64,000 bases of DNA from an uncultured Gemmatimonadales bacterium. GTDB taxonomy: Bacteria > Gemmatimonadota > Gemmatimonadetes > Gemmatimonadales > GWC2-71-9. The translations under genes were made by a program, and so were the position numbers. The stretch spans positions 224,001-288,000 of the forward strand of contig CAVSQW010000008.1 in assembly GCA_963730185.1 (NCBI GenBank), given 5' to 3'. Shown here one piece after another: positions 1 to 10,166 of the stretch. The notes under the pieces were generated by a model. That model ran no database searches. It was not told the origin of the DNA and was given only the letters and a program-made list of their open reading frames with translations. Within the stretch, counting starts at the first letter, position 1; each line of letters starts with the position of its first letter.

Positions 1-2
1 CC

Positions 3-185
3 CGCCGCGCCGTGGGGGGACACCTGCAGGCGTTGCTCCAGGCCCTCGAGCTGCCGGTGTCCTGTGAGGGGAGCCGGGTCAGCGTGCGGACCAAGCCGGG
101 ACTCGCCTTTTGCCCCGAAGACGGTGGTGACGGCGATGCCCTCCTTCACGCGGCCCTGAGCGACGCCATGCTGGCCCATGGGTAG
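3..185 (+). CDS. 3' end of a gene running in from the window edge; resembles the C-terminus of a (degenerate) GGDEF domain
   Basis: Manual translation ...LQALELPVSCEGSRVSVRTKPGLAFCPEDGGDGDALLHAALSDAML* resembles the GGDEF C-terminal 'SiGvA.yPedG.d.eeLl..AD.AMY' segment; its stop overlaps the start of the next gene. Confidence 0.55.
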   Translation, partial: RRAVGGHLQALLQALELPVSCEGSRVSVRTKPGLAFCPEDGGDGDALLHAALSDAMLAHG

Positions 186-1140
186 CGTCGCCGTCGCCGA
201 GCCGCTTCAGGTGCTGTTGGTGGAGGACAACTCGGACGACGCCCTCCTGTTCAGCGGCACCTTCGGAGGGCAAGGGCCGGGGGCCTTCGCGGTCACCCAC
301 GTCCCCTCCCTGCAGGAGGCGGTCCGCGCGATTGGGGAGCGTCCGCCGGACATCATCCTGTTGGACCTTGGGCTTCCGGACTCCGACGGCCTCGATACCC
401 TGGCTCGGATGCTCGAGGTGACCCATTCGATCCCGATCGCGATCATGACCGGTCGAGACGACGACGACGCGGCGCTAATGGCGGTGCGGGCCGGGGCCCA
501 GGACTATTTGGTGAAGGGCTACGCCGACAGCCGGACCGTGAGTCGGGTTCTCCGCTATGCGATCGAACGGCATCGGTTGGTGAACGAGCTCGAGGAGGCC
601 CGACGCCGCGAAGCCTTCCGGGCCACCCACGATGCCCTGACCGGTCTCGCCAACCGGAGCCTCTTCTTCGACCGCCTCGGACACGCGCTGGCGCGAGTCG
701 GCCGGTATGCCGAATCGTTCGCGGTCGCATTCTTGGATGTCAACGACTTCAAGACGATCAACGATCGTCACGGGCACGACGGAGGTGACCGGGTGCTCCG
801 GGTGTTGGCCGAACGCCTTCGCCGGACCACTCGAGCGTCGGACACCGTGGCCCGGGTCGGCGGCGACGAGTTCGCGATCGTGATCGAGCGGGTCCAGCGG
901 GCCGACGCGGACCAGCTGGTGGCCGCGATGATGGAGCGGATTCAGGAGCCGATCGTGGTAGAGACGACGACGCTGTCGCCGACCTTGAGCTACGGCGTGG
1001 CGCACCATCCGGAGGACGGCCAAGATGCCCGGGAGCTGCTCAAGGCCGCGGACGACGCGATGTATCGGATGAAACGGCGGGTCGGCTCCCGAGTCGGGGG
1101 CGCGACCTCGCCGCCGAGCGAACGCCCTAGCTGTAATTGA
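178..1140 (+). CDS. Response regulator / diguanylate cyclase (REC-GGDEF)
   Basis: N-terminal receiver (LLVEDN, LLDLGLPD, YLVKG); HDALTGLANR; intact GGDEF with RASD I-site upstream; the last codons (CN*) are supplied by the IS end. Confidence 0.93.
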   Translation: MGSVAVAEPLQVLLVEDNSDDALLFSGTFGGQGPGAFAVTHVPSLQEAVRAIGERPPDIILLDLGLPDSDGLDTLARMLEVTHSIPIAIMTGRDDDDAALMAVRAGAQDYLVKGYADSRTVSRVLRYAIERHRLVNELEEARRREAFRATHDALTGLANRSLFFDRLGHALARVGRYAESFAVAFLDVNDFKTINDRHGHDGGDRVLRVLAERLRRTTRASDTVARVGGDEFAIVIERVQRADADQLVAAMMERIQEPIVVETTTLSPTLSYGVAHHPEDGQDARELLKAADDAMYRMKRRVGSRVGGATSPPSERPSCN

Positions 1141-2166
1141 TGAGGAGGTTGTTCACTGAGCCGTAGCGCTGCAAGATGGGGTTTGTCGAGAACACTCAAC
1201 CGGCAAACGCCAGAGGACTCAGTGAACCAGCACAAGTTAGCACGGTTAACACCGGTAGGGCGGCAGGGGATGGTGCGGCGGTTGGAGGGGGGCGAGGGGG
1301 TGGCCCGGGTGGCCCGGCAGCTGGGCCTGAGCACGACCACGGTCCGGCGGTGGTGGCGGCGGTATCAGCAGGAGGGGGTCGCGGGCCTGGCGGATCGCTC
1401 GAGCCGACCCCACCGGTCCCCGCGGGCGACGCCCCGGTGGCGGCGGCGCCAGATTGCCCGGCGCCGGGCAGCACGGCGCAGTTCGCTGGAGATCGCGGCC
1501 GAGCTCCGGGTCCCGCTCTCCACGGTGGTGCAAGTCCAGCGGCGGCTCGGGTGGCGGCGGCTCTCGCCCCTAACGCCGAAGCCCCCGGTCTATCGCTATG
1601 AGCGCCGGGTCCCGGGCGCGCTGGTCCACCTGGACATCAAGAAGCTGGGGCGGATCGGCCGGATTGGGCACCGGATTCATGGCGATCGTCGGACGCGGGT
1701 GCGGGGCATCGGCTGGGAGTACTTGCATGTCGCGATCGACGATGCGACCCGGGTGGCCTACGCCGCCTTGCTGCCCGATGAAACGGCGACGAGCACGGCC
1801 GCCTTCCTGCAGACCGCCGTGGCGTGGTTTGCGGCGCAAGGGATCCGGTGGCGCGCCCTGATGACCGATAACGGCGGGGGCTACCGCAGCCACCGGTTTC
1901 AGGCCCTGCGGCGGCAGCTCAAGATCCGCCACCTCTGGACCCGGCCGTACACGCCGCGCACCAACGGCAAGGCGGAACGCTTCATCCGGACCTGCCTGGC
2001 CCGCTGGGCCTACGCGGCGGCCTACCGGACCTCGTTGGTGCGGGCCCGACACCTGCCCGAGTGGCTGCGATATTACAATCAGGAGCGCCCGCATACGGCG
2101 CTGGGCTTCCAAACCCCGATGCAGCGACTGGCGGCGAAATCGTGAACAACGTCCCCATCAACAACA
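1132..2166 (+). mobile_element. Complete IS481-family insertion sequence (1035 bp)
   Basis: TGT...ACA ends; IRL 1132-1156 tgtaattgatgaggaggttgttcac vs reverse complement of IRR 2142-2166 tgttgttgatggggacgttgttcac (21/25 identical); direct repeat CCTAGC at 1126-1131 and 2167-2172. Confidence 0.96.
1222..2145 (+). CDS. IS481-family DDE transposase
   Basis: Starts (V/M)NQHKLARLTP after a GAGGA RBS; N-terminal HTH; catalytic motifs HLDIKKLG, TDNG, TNGKAERF; YNQERPH. Confidence 0.95.
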   Translation: MNQHKLARLTPVGRQGMVRRLEGGEGVARVARQLGLSTTTVRRWWRRYQQEGVAGLADRSSRPHRSPRATPRWRRRQIARRRAARRSSLEIAAELRVPLSTVVQVQRRLGWRRLSPLTPKPPVYRYERRVPGALVHLDIKKLGRIGRIGHRIHGDRRTRVRGIGWEYLHVAIDDATRVAYAALLPDETATSTAAFLQTAVAWFAAQGIRWRALMTDNGGGYRSHRFQALRRQLKIRHLWTRPYTPRTNGKAERFIRTCLARWAYAAAYRTSLVRARHLPEWLRYYNQERPHTALGFQTPMQRLAAKS

Positions 2167-2167
2167 C

Positions 2168-3352
2168 CTAGCGCCCCGTCGTCAGCGCCGCCAGCACCCG
2201 GTCCACCGCCACCTGCCGGCTCAAGCCGGGGCGACCGGGCAGGATGTTCCAGGCGTTGACCACGATCACCAGGTCGTACTCCGGAATCGCCACCGGCAGC
2301 TGGCCGCCGAACCCCGAGCCGGCCCAGGCCAGCTTGGTGGTGTCGGCGCTGTAGGGCGGAAGCCACCACTTGAGGCCGTAGCGAATCGAGGTCTGACCCA
2401 CCGCGACCGCCGGCCTCACCGACTCCTTGACCCACCCCGGGCTCACGATCTCCCGCCCCGTCCACCGCCCGTTCTGCAGGAACATCTGCCAGATCTTGGC
2501 CAGATCGCGCGGGGCCAGGTAGAGCCCGCCCTCGGTGTCGATCAGCCCGGTGGGCGACCGCTTCCAGAACCACTCGCGAATGTCCAACGGTTCGAACAGG
2601 TGGCGGGCGGCGTACTCCTCGATGTCCTGCCCCGTCGCCTGGTGGAAGATGTAGGCCAGCAGACCCGACACCCCGCTGGAGTAGTTGAACCGGGTCCCCG
2701 GCTCCTCCGCCATCGGCCGATCGATGGTGAACGTGACCCAGTCCGGACTCGCCTCGAGCTGCACCGCCGTGTTCGCGGGGTCGGTGTAGGGGAGGCTCTC
2801 GTCCCAGTCGAGCCCGGCCGTCATGGTCAGGAGGTGGCGGATCGTCATCCGCCGCTTCCGGGCGTCGATGTTCTGGACCTTGGTGGTGTCGAAGAACCGG
2901 AGGACCGGGGTGTCGATGCTGGGGAAGTCGCCCCGGGTCACCGCCACCCCGATGACCACGGATGTCACGGTCTTGGTGACCGACTGGAGCGAGTGGATCC
3001 GGCCGGCGTTCCGGTAGTAGGGATGCCACCAGGGGGCGTAGTAGTTGTAGGGGCTGGTGAAGTCGTGCGAGTTGAGCGGCGACGCCACCTTGGCCTCGGC
3101 CCCGTAGATCGTGGCATAGTCGTGGTCGTAGCGCCGCTCCCAGGCCAGCTTCCCGTGCCGGATCACCAGGAGCCGATCGACGTTGCCGTACTTGCCGGCG
3201 GCGATGTCGGCGTCGAACCCGGCCAAGGTGGCGGAGTCGAGGCCGACCGCCGCGGGCCGAGCCGTGGGCCACTGCCAGGGGCTGTACTGGGCGGAGGCCG
3301 GGGTGGCGATGGTCGCGACCAGCGAGACGGCGGCGAGGAGACGAAGGCGCAT
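2168..3352 (-). CDS. Exported serine hydrolase, beta-lactamase/class C-like family
   Basis: Signal peptide (ASA-Q); SVTK (SxxK); LLTMTAG; YSS; GSGFGGQ. Confidence 0.88.
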   Translation of the reverse strand: MRLRLLAAVSLVATIATPASAQYSPWQWPTARPAAVGLDSATLAGFDADIAAGKYGNVDRLLVIRHGKLAWERRYDHDYATIYGAEAKVASPLNSHDFTSPYNYYAPWWHPYYRNAGRIHSLQSVTKTVTSVVIGVAVTRGDFPSIDTPVLRFFDTTKVQNIDARKRRMTIRHLLTMTAGLDWDESLPYTDPANTAVQLEASPDWVTFTIDRPMAEEPGTRFNYSSGVSGLLAYIFHQATGQDIEEYAARHLFEPLDIREWFWKRSPTGLIDTEGGLYLAPRDLAKIWQMFLQNGRWTGREIVSPGWVKESVRPAVAVGQTSIRYGLKWWLPPYSADTTKLAWAGSGFGGQLPVAIPEYDLVIVVNAWNILPGRPGLSRQVAVDRVLAALTTGR

Positions 3353-3497
3353 GGGTCGGTCCGGGGTTGAGGCGAGGTGCTCATTGTACCCGGCCGGCCG
3401 GGGCGGCGCGAGTAGACCGGGGAGCGATCAACGACCCGGCCCCTTCCGCCGCCCTTCGTCGGGGGCTAGCGGGCGGTCGTTCTGCGTTGCCCCCGGA

Positions 3498-4322
3498 TCA
3501 GCGGACGAGACGGGCCCGTTCGAGTGTCCGCTCGATGGCGTCGACGATCAGCGCCGGGTCGCTGCCCGGCACGTCGTGGCGGGAGTGGGTGGCCACCACC
3601 AGCTCGCCGGGCGAGGCCCGCTCCGCCAGCGTCTGGTGGCTGGCCCGCCAGTCGCGGTCGGCCTCGTCCGAGCCCCACCAGGGAATGCCGGCGGTGATCA
3701 CCACCACCGGCACTCCGATCTTCGCCTCCGCCGCCGAGCCCCGCTCGGCCAACTCGGCGATGGTGTGGGTGATCCGGTAGGTCACCGTGTCCTGCGCGGT
3801 GGTCGGGTTGGTGATGTCGGGCACGGTGTGCCGGAGCCAGGGGAGACCGATGGCGTGGATGAAGCCGGCATTCATCGGGTCGACCAGGACCAGGCCGGCG
3901 ACCCGGGCCGGCTGCCGCGCCGCGTGCACCAGCGACAGGAGCCCGCCGTACGAGTGGCCGACCAGGACGATCCGCCGAAGGCCCAGCTGATCGAGCCCCC
4001 GATCCAGCTGGTCGAGCTCGGCCTCGGGGGTCAGGTCGATCGGACCGACCTCGCTCGAGCCCATCCCGGCCCGGTCGTAGGCCACCACAGTGGCGCCGGT
4101 GCGGGCGGCGGTCCGGGCCGGTACCTCCTGCCAGGCGTCGAGCGACGCTCCGCCGCCGGCCTGGAAGACCACCGCGACGGGACCCTCGCCCCGCCAGATC
4201 CGAAAGTGGAGCCGCAGGTGGCCGACGTCGATCAACGTGTCGACCGGCGTCGGGAGCGCGGCGGTCGCCGGCGGGATCGGGGCGCCGAAGACCAGCGCCA
4301 TCGAGCCAAGCAGGCTGAGCAT
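3498..4322 (-). CDS. Alpha/beta hydrolase, probably exported
   Basis: YDRAGMGSS, GHSYGG nucleophile elbow, C-terminal His; start placed at the hydrophobic MLSLLGSMALV. Confidence 0.82.
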   Translation of the reverse strand: MLSLLGSMALVFGAPIPPATAALPTPVDTLIDVGHLRLHFRIWRGEGPVAVVFQAGGGASLDAWQEVPARTAARTGATVVAYDRAGMGSSEVGPIDLTPEAELDQLDRGLDQLGLRRIVLVGHSYGGLLSLVHAARQPARVAGLVLVDPMNAGFIHAIGLPWLRHTVPDITNPTTAQDTVTYRITHTIAELAERGSAAEAKIGVPVVVITAGIPWWGSDEADRDWRASHQTLAERASPGELVVATHSRHDVPGSDPALIVDAIERTLERARLVR

Positions 4323-4435
4323 CAGGATCTCGAGGTCGGGTGACGCGGGCCCATACGTCCGGCCGCCCGTCACGGTTTCGTGATCCCGTCGGCCGCTTCC
4401 GGCCACCCCGCCGCCGGCCGGGATACATTCCTGGC

Positions 4436-5752
4436 ATGGTCACTCGACGCGGCTTCTTCGGCTCCGCCGGCCTGGCCGGCCTCGCGCTCGCCGATCCGAG
4501 GATGGGCGGGCTTCCTCTCCCTGGCAGCCAGGATCCCCTGCCGCCCCTCCACCGACCGACCGGTCCGCCCGAGACGCTCGCCCGCGACGAGGCCTACTGG
4601 CGCCGGGTCGCGGCCTACTACCGGGTCCCGGGCGACTACACCAACCTCGAGGCCGGCTACTTCGGGATGATGGCGGCGCCCGTGCTGGCCGCGTACCACC
4701 GCCACATCGACCGGGTCAATCGGGAGAGCTCGTTTTACGCCCGCCGTCGGTGGGGCGCCGACTTCCAGGCCGCCCGCGATCGGGTGGCCCGGTTCCTGGG
4801 CGCCCAGCCCCAGGAGGTTGCCCTGACCCGGGGGGCCACCGAGGCCCTGCAGCGCCTCATCATGCAGTATCGCGGGGTCGGCCGGGGCGACGTGGTGATG
4901 TACGCCGATCTGGACTACATGGCGATGCAGTACGCGATGAACGCCCTGGCCGAGCAACGGGGGGCGACGGTGGCCCGGCTCACGATTCCCGAGCCGGCCA
5001 GCCGGGCCGCCGTGCTGGCGGCGTACGCCGAGGCCCTGGACCGGCATCCCGGGGTCAGGCTGCTGCTCCTCACTCATCTCAACAACAAGACCGGGCTCAT
5101 CGTGCCGGTCAAGGAGATCGCGGCCCTGGCCCGGGGCCGAGGCGCCGACGTGGTGGTCGACGCGGCCCACTCGTTCGGCCAGTGCGACTTGACCCTGGCC
5201 GACCTGGGCGCGGACTTCGTGGGTCTGAATCTCCACAAGTGGTTGGGGGCGCCGGTCGGGGCCGGCGCGATGTACATCAAGGCCGAGCGGCTCGGCGACA
5301 TCGCCCGGATGCTCGACGACGAGAGCGAGCCGGCCGACAGCATCCAGAGCCGGATTCATACCGGAACCGCCAATTTCGCCACCTTTCTCACCGTGCCGGC
5401 CGCCCTCGACTTCCACGACGCGGTGGGCCCGGCGCTCAAGGCGGCCCGGGTCCGCTACCTCCGCGACCGATGGGTGGATGCCGTCCGCGACCTGCCCGGC
5501 GTCGACGTCCTGACCCCGGACGACCGCGACCTGGTGGCCGCCATCACGTCGTTCCGCCTGCACGGCCGGGGCGGGAAGGCCGAGAACCAGGCGATCGTCG
5601 AGGCCCTGTTCGAGCGCCATCGCCTGTTCACGGTGTGGCGGACCGGGGTCGACGGAGGGGATTGCGTTCGGGTCACGCCGACGCTCTACAACACGCCCGC
5701 CGACGCCGACCGGCTGGCGGGGGCGTTGGGCGAGCTGGCTCGGGAGTCTTGA
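4436..5752 (+). CDS. Class V PLP-dependent aminotransferase (isopenicillin-N-epimerase-like) with Tat signal
   Basis: MVTRRGFFG twin-arginine motif; GATEAL; VDAAHSFG; NLHKWL (PLP lysine); RVTP. Confidence 0.88.
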   Translation: MVTRRGFFGSAGLAGLALADPRMGGLPLPGSQDPLPPLHRPTGPPETLARDEAYWRRVAAYYRVPGDYTNLEAGYFGMMAAPVLAAYHRHIDRVNRESSFYARRRWGADFQAARDRVARFLGAQPQEVALTRGATEALQRLIMQYRGVGRGDVVMYADLDYMAMQYAMNALAEQRGATVARLTIPEPASRAAVLAAYAEALDRHPGVRLLLLTHLNNKTGLIVPVKEIAALARGRGADVVVDAAHSFGQCDLTLADLGADFVGLNLHKWLGAPVGAGAMYIKAERLGDIARMLDDESEPADSIQSRIHTGTANFATFLTVPAALDFHDAVGPALKAARVRYLRDRWVDAVRDLPGVDVLTPDDRDLVAAITSFRLHGRGGKAENQAIVEALFERHRLFTVWRTGVDGGDCVRVTPTLYNTPADADRLAGALGELARES

Positions 5753-5817
5753 GGTGAGGCGAGTCACCGTGGGGCTGACGCTGGCGGCGACGCCGACCCG
5801 TTGGAGACGGGCCGCCG

Positions 5818-6618
5818 TTACGTGATCGCCAGACTCCCGAGAAAGTCGAGGATGGCGTGGTTCACGGCCTCGGGCCGTTCCAAGGCGGCGAGATGCCCCG
5901 CGCCGGCGATCTCCTGGAATCGTGACCCGGGCAGGCGCTCGTGGATCCGCCGGGAGACAGCCGGTGGGAGCGCTCGGTCTTCCGCCCCGGCCAGGATCAG
6001 CGTCGGGGCGGTGATCTCGCCCAGCTGCCCGAGCACCGAGTCACGTCCGAGGAGCGCCTCGAGTCCCCGGAGCATGGAGGGGACGTCCTGCGCCGCCATC
6101 CGGTCCCGCCACTCGCGCACCAGGGCGGCCTGCTCCCGGTGCGTGGTGGCACCGAACATCAACCGGACGATCGACGGGAGGAAAGGCCGCATTCCGATCG
6201 ACCGCACCCCGAGCGCCATGGCCCGGTACCGTAGCCGATGCCAGCCGGTCTCCTCCCCCGCGTCGCTGTCGAGCAGCACCAGACCCGCCACCCGATCGGG
6301 ATGCCGTAGGGCGGCCCGAAGCGCGACCATCCCGCCGATCGAGAGCCCAATCCAGACCGCCCGTGCCACTTGAAGGTGGTCGAGGATCGCGAGCGCGTCG
6401 CCGACGGCGTCGTAGAGCGTGAAGGGCGTCGTGGTGGGGGCCGAGGCGCCATGGCCACGGAGGTCCGGAGTGACGATTCGGTAGCGCCGCTCGAGGCTCG
6501 CCACCTGAGCGCGCCACATCGCCCCCGAGCAGAGAAAGCTGTGCCCCAGGAGCAGCGCGGGGCCCGCGCCGCTCACCTCGTAATGAAGCCGCTGGCCCTG
6601 ATGGAGGAGAACCGGCAC
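5818..6618 (-). CDS. Alpha/beta hydrolase (enol-lactonase-like)
   Basis: DLRGHG, GLSIGG, GAED, AGHL catalytic motifs; GTG start inferred at VPVLLHQG. Confidence 0.82.
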   Translation of the reverse strand: MPVLLHQGQRLHYEVSGAGPALLLGHSFLCSGAMWRAQVASLERRYRIVTPDLRGHGASAPTTTPFTLYDAVGDALAILDHLQVARAVWIGLSIGGMVALRAALRHPDRVAGLVLLDSDAGEETGWHRLRYRAMALGVRSIGMRPFLPSIVRLMFGATTHREQAALVREWRDRMAAQDVPSMLRGLEALLGRDSVLGQLGEITAPTLILAGAEDRALPPAVSRRIHERLPGSRFQEIAGAGHLAALERPEAVNHAILDFLGSLAIT

Positions 6619-6784
6619 AGGGCCGAATGTAGCGAGCCGCCCGGCCCCAGGTGTATCGCAGGGCTGGCGGTCGGGACTTCCTGTGGGGCCCGGACCAGTC
6701 CAGACTTCGAGACGGGCAGGGCTTTTCCCGCACCCCGGCCGGGTGAGGCCCTGCCCGTTCGTCCCTCCTTCGGAGACCGCGCTC

Positions 6785-7689
6785 ATGTCCATCCGTCCCG
6801 TCAAACGTCTCATCAAGGCCAAGCCGACTCTCGAGGGTGCCGGCGTGCATCTCCGCCGCGCCTTCGGGTTCGGCGACACCTCCGAGACCGATCCCTTCTC
6901 TGCTGCTCGACGATTTCCGCAACGATGTCCCTGACGACTATCTCGCCGGATTTCCCTGGCATCCTCATCGCGGCATCGAGACCATCACCTACGTGCTGGC
7001 CGGGACCGTCGAGCACGGCGACAGCATGGGCAACCGCGGTACCATCGGCGCCGGCGACGATCCAGTGGATGACCGCGGGGCGGGGCATCATCCACCAGGA
7101 GATGCCCAAGGGTGATCCGGCCGGCCGGATGCACGGCTTCCAGCTCTGGGCCAACCTGCCCTCGTCGCTCAAGATGACGGACCCGCGCTACCAGGAGGTG
7201 AAGGCCGCCGACATCCCCGAGGTCACCGACGACGACGGCACCCGGGTCAGGGTCGTCTGCGGTGAGTTCTGGGGGAAGCGGGGACCGGTCGATGGCATCG
7301 CGGCGGATCCGATCTACCTCGACGTGTCGGTGCCGCCCGGCCAGCGGAAGTCTCTCCCGGTCGAGACCACCCGTCACGCGTTCGCCTACGTGTTCGCCGG
7401 TGAGGGGAAGTTCTCCAACGCTTCGGGGCCGCTCGCCGTGCCGACCGAGAGCGTAGGATGGCTGGACACGGCGCCGCCCGACACCGCGGACGACCGGTCG
7501 CTGGTCCTGTTCGATCGGGGCGACGAGGTCGTGGTGCAGGCTGGCGAAGAGGGGATCCGGTTCCTGCTGGTGTCCGGCCGGCCCCTGGTCGAGCCCGTGG
7601 CCTGGTACGGTCCGATCGTGATGAACACCCAGGCTGAGTTGCGCCAGGCCTTCGAGGAGCTCCAAGAGGGCACCTTCCTCAAGGGCTGA
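6785..7689 (+). pseudogene. Pirin family protein interrupted by two +1 frameshifts (pseudogene or sequencing error)
   Basis: Three frames join into a pirin: EGAGVHLRRAFG..DPF / LLLDDF..GFPWHPHRGIETITY..HGDSMGN / QWMTAGRGIIHQEMP..GFQLWANLP..GPIVMNT; extra bases at about 6899 and 7059-7060. Confidence 0.88.
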
Positions 7690-7703
7690 GTGTTGTTCCA
7701 GGT

Positions 7704-7733
7704 TGAAACCATTTGGACACGCCGTGCGTCCAA
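7704..7733 (+). promoter_or_regulatory. Candidate ECF sigma promoter TGAAAC-N17-CGTC upstream of the class A PBP gene
   Basis: tgaaac at 7704-7709 and cgtccaa at 7727-7733 with a 17-nt spacer. Confidence 0.45.
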
Positions 7734-7758
7734 TGAGATATCGACGCCCGGAGTTCCT

Positions 7759-9946
7759 CATGACGCTTAAGGCCGTCGCGACCCGGTCCCGCCAGGCGCT
7801 TGCCGCCGTCCGGACCCGACTCACGCTTGGTCGCATCGTCCGGTTCGCCTTCCTTGCGGGGCTGCTCGGCTTCGTCCTGGTGGCTCTCGAGGCCGCGGTG
7901 CGAGCCCGTCTCGGCGAACCCGAAAGTCGAATTCCCACCGCGATTTACACTCGCCCGTCCGCCTGGGGCGACGGCGACGAGACAACCCCGATCGCCATCG
8001 GCACCACCGGCCAGCCGGTGGCCGAGGAGCGGGTGCCGGTGGACCTGTCCAAGGTGCCCGACCGGCTGGTCCAGGCGGTGGTCGCGGTGGAGGACCAGCG
8101 GTTCTATGACCACCATGGGCTCGATCTCAAGCGGATCGGTGGCGCCCTGGTCGCCAACATCCGGGCCGGTGGGATCGCGCAGGGCGGGAGCACCATCACC
8201 CAGCAGCTGGCCAAGAACCTCTTCCTGAGCGCGGCCCGGACGCCCGTCCGGAAGATCCGCGAGGCGGCGATGGCGCTGGTGCTCGAGGCGCGGTACGACA
8301 AGTCGGCGATCCTCGAGGCCTATCTGAACGAGGTGTACCTGGGCCAGGATGGCGCGCGGGCGATCCACGGGGTCGGGGCCGCCTCGCGCTACTACTTCGG
8401 CAAGAGCGTGAGCCGGATCTCGTTGCCGGAGGCGGCGACGTTGGCCGGGATGATCCAAGCGCCCAATCGATACAACCCGACTCGGAACGAGCGTTGGGCC
8501 CGCCAGCGCCGCAATCTGGTTCTCGGCCTGATGGCCGATCAGGATCGGATCAGCCGGCGTACCGCGGAGCAGGCCGAGCGAGCCCGAATGGCGACCCGGG
8601 CCCATTCGGCGCCGGGTTTGGATGCCCGCTACTTCCGCGACCTGGTGCTGGCCCGGCTGCCCGGCCGCCTGCCTCGTCGCGGCGCGGCCGTGTACACCAC
8701 CCTCGACGCCGGGTTGCAGCGCGCCGCCGAGCGGGCCATGAGCCAGGTGCTGCCCCGGCTCCGGACCCGCGGAGCCCAGGGCGCCCTGGTCGCGATCGAT
8801 CCCCGGACCGGCGACATCCTGGCCCTGGTGGGCGGCCGGGACTACGGCGAGTCGCAATTCGACCGGGCCACCGACGCGCGCCGCCAGCCGGGCAGCGCGT
8901 TCAAGCCGATCGTGGCGCTCGCCGCGCTCCACCGTGACGGCGACGATGCTCCGGCGTTCACCCTGGCCTCGCGGGTGGAGGACGAGCCCCTGAGCGTCGC
9001 CTCCGGTGGCAAGCAGTGGCAACCGACCAACTACGATCGCTCCTATCGGGGCGAGGTCACCGTCCGGCAGGCCATCGAGCAATCGTTGAATGTGCCGTTC
9101 GCCCGGATCGGCCTCGCGGTCGGCCCGGACCGGATCGTGAAGACCGCCCGCCGGCTCGGGATGACCAGCGACCTGCACCCGGTGCCGAGCCTGGCGCTCG
9201 GGAGCTCGGAAGTGAGCCTGCTCGAGCTGGTTCGGGCCTACGGCGTGTTCGCGACCGAGGGCCGGCTGGCCGCGACTCGGCTGGTGCTCGGACACTCGTC
9301 GTTAGGCAGCGGGTCCGGCCTCCCACCCAACGGCGGTCCCCCCGAGCTGACCCAGGTGGCGTCGCCGGCGGAGACCTACCTGGTCACGTCGGCGCTCGAA
9401 GGGGTGGTGGCGCGGGGCACCGGTCGGGCCTTGAGTGCGGCCGGCCGCTTCGGGGGCGTGGCCGGCAAGACCGGAACCTCCAACGACTGGCGCGACGCCT
9501 GGTTCGTGGCCTACACCCCCTCGCTGGTGGTCGGGGTCTGGGTGGGCTTCGACGACGGCCGGAGCCTCGGGCTCACCGGCGCCGACGCGGCGCTGCCGGT
9601 CGTGGAGCGGTTTCTGGAGGGGGTCGACCCGGCCGATCGCTGGGAATCGTTCCCGGTGCCGGACGGGATCGAGGTGGCCCAGGTGGGCGGCGGCGACGAC
9701 GGCTGGTCGTTTGACTGCGGCACCCGCGAGGTGTTCCTCGAGGGCACGGCGCCCCGGAGCGAGTGCGGCGAGTTCGATTCCTCGGACTGGGAGCAGCGGG
9801 TCAGCCAATGGCAGGATCGGGTGCAGAGTCGGGCCAGCCGGTTGGTGGCGCGGCTCCTGGAGCGACTCCGCGATCGGGACGACCACGGCCACGCGGGTCG
9901 CAACCGACCGGACGACGGGCGAATTCGGGTCAGGTTCCGACCCTAG
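7759..9946 (+). CDS. Bifunctional class A penicillin-binding protein (transglycosylase + transpeptidase)
   Basis: N-terminal TM helix; EDQRFYDHHG, GGSTITQQLAKN, RKIRE, YLNEVYLG; transpeptidase SAFK, SLN, KTG; start uncertain (7733 or 7759). Confidence 0.93.
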
Positions 9947-10115
9947 CCCGTCCGCGGTGTCCGGCGGTGGTAACACCGGGGTGGCGTAGAGTGGGTTAGG
10001 ATTGATGCGCTCGCCGGAGGCGGTCTCGGCTCGAGACCGGTTTGCCCCTGCCCCGGGGCCCCGGCTACGATTCGGTCGTCTCTCTGGCGTGATTTCAGTC
10101 CCCGACGACCGATCG

Positions 10116-10166
10116 TCGAGCACCTTGGGGAATGTGCCGGGTCAGGGCCGTCTCCAAGGTGCTCGA
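10116..10166. promoter_or_regulatory. 13-bp perfect inverted repeat enclosing a GGAA-N16-CGTC ECF-type promoter motif
   Basis: tcgagcaccttgg (10116-10128) / ccaaggtgctcga (10154-10166); GGAA 10129-10132, CGTC 10149-10152. Confidence 0.55.
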
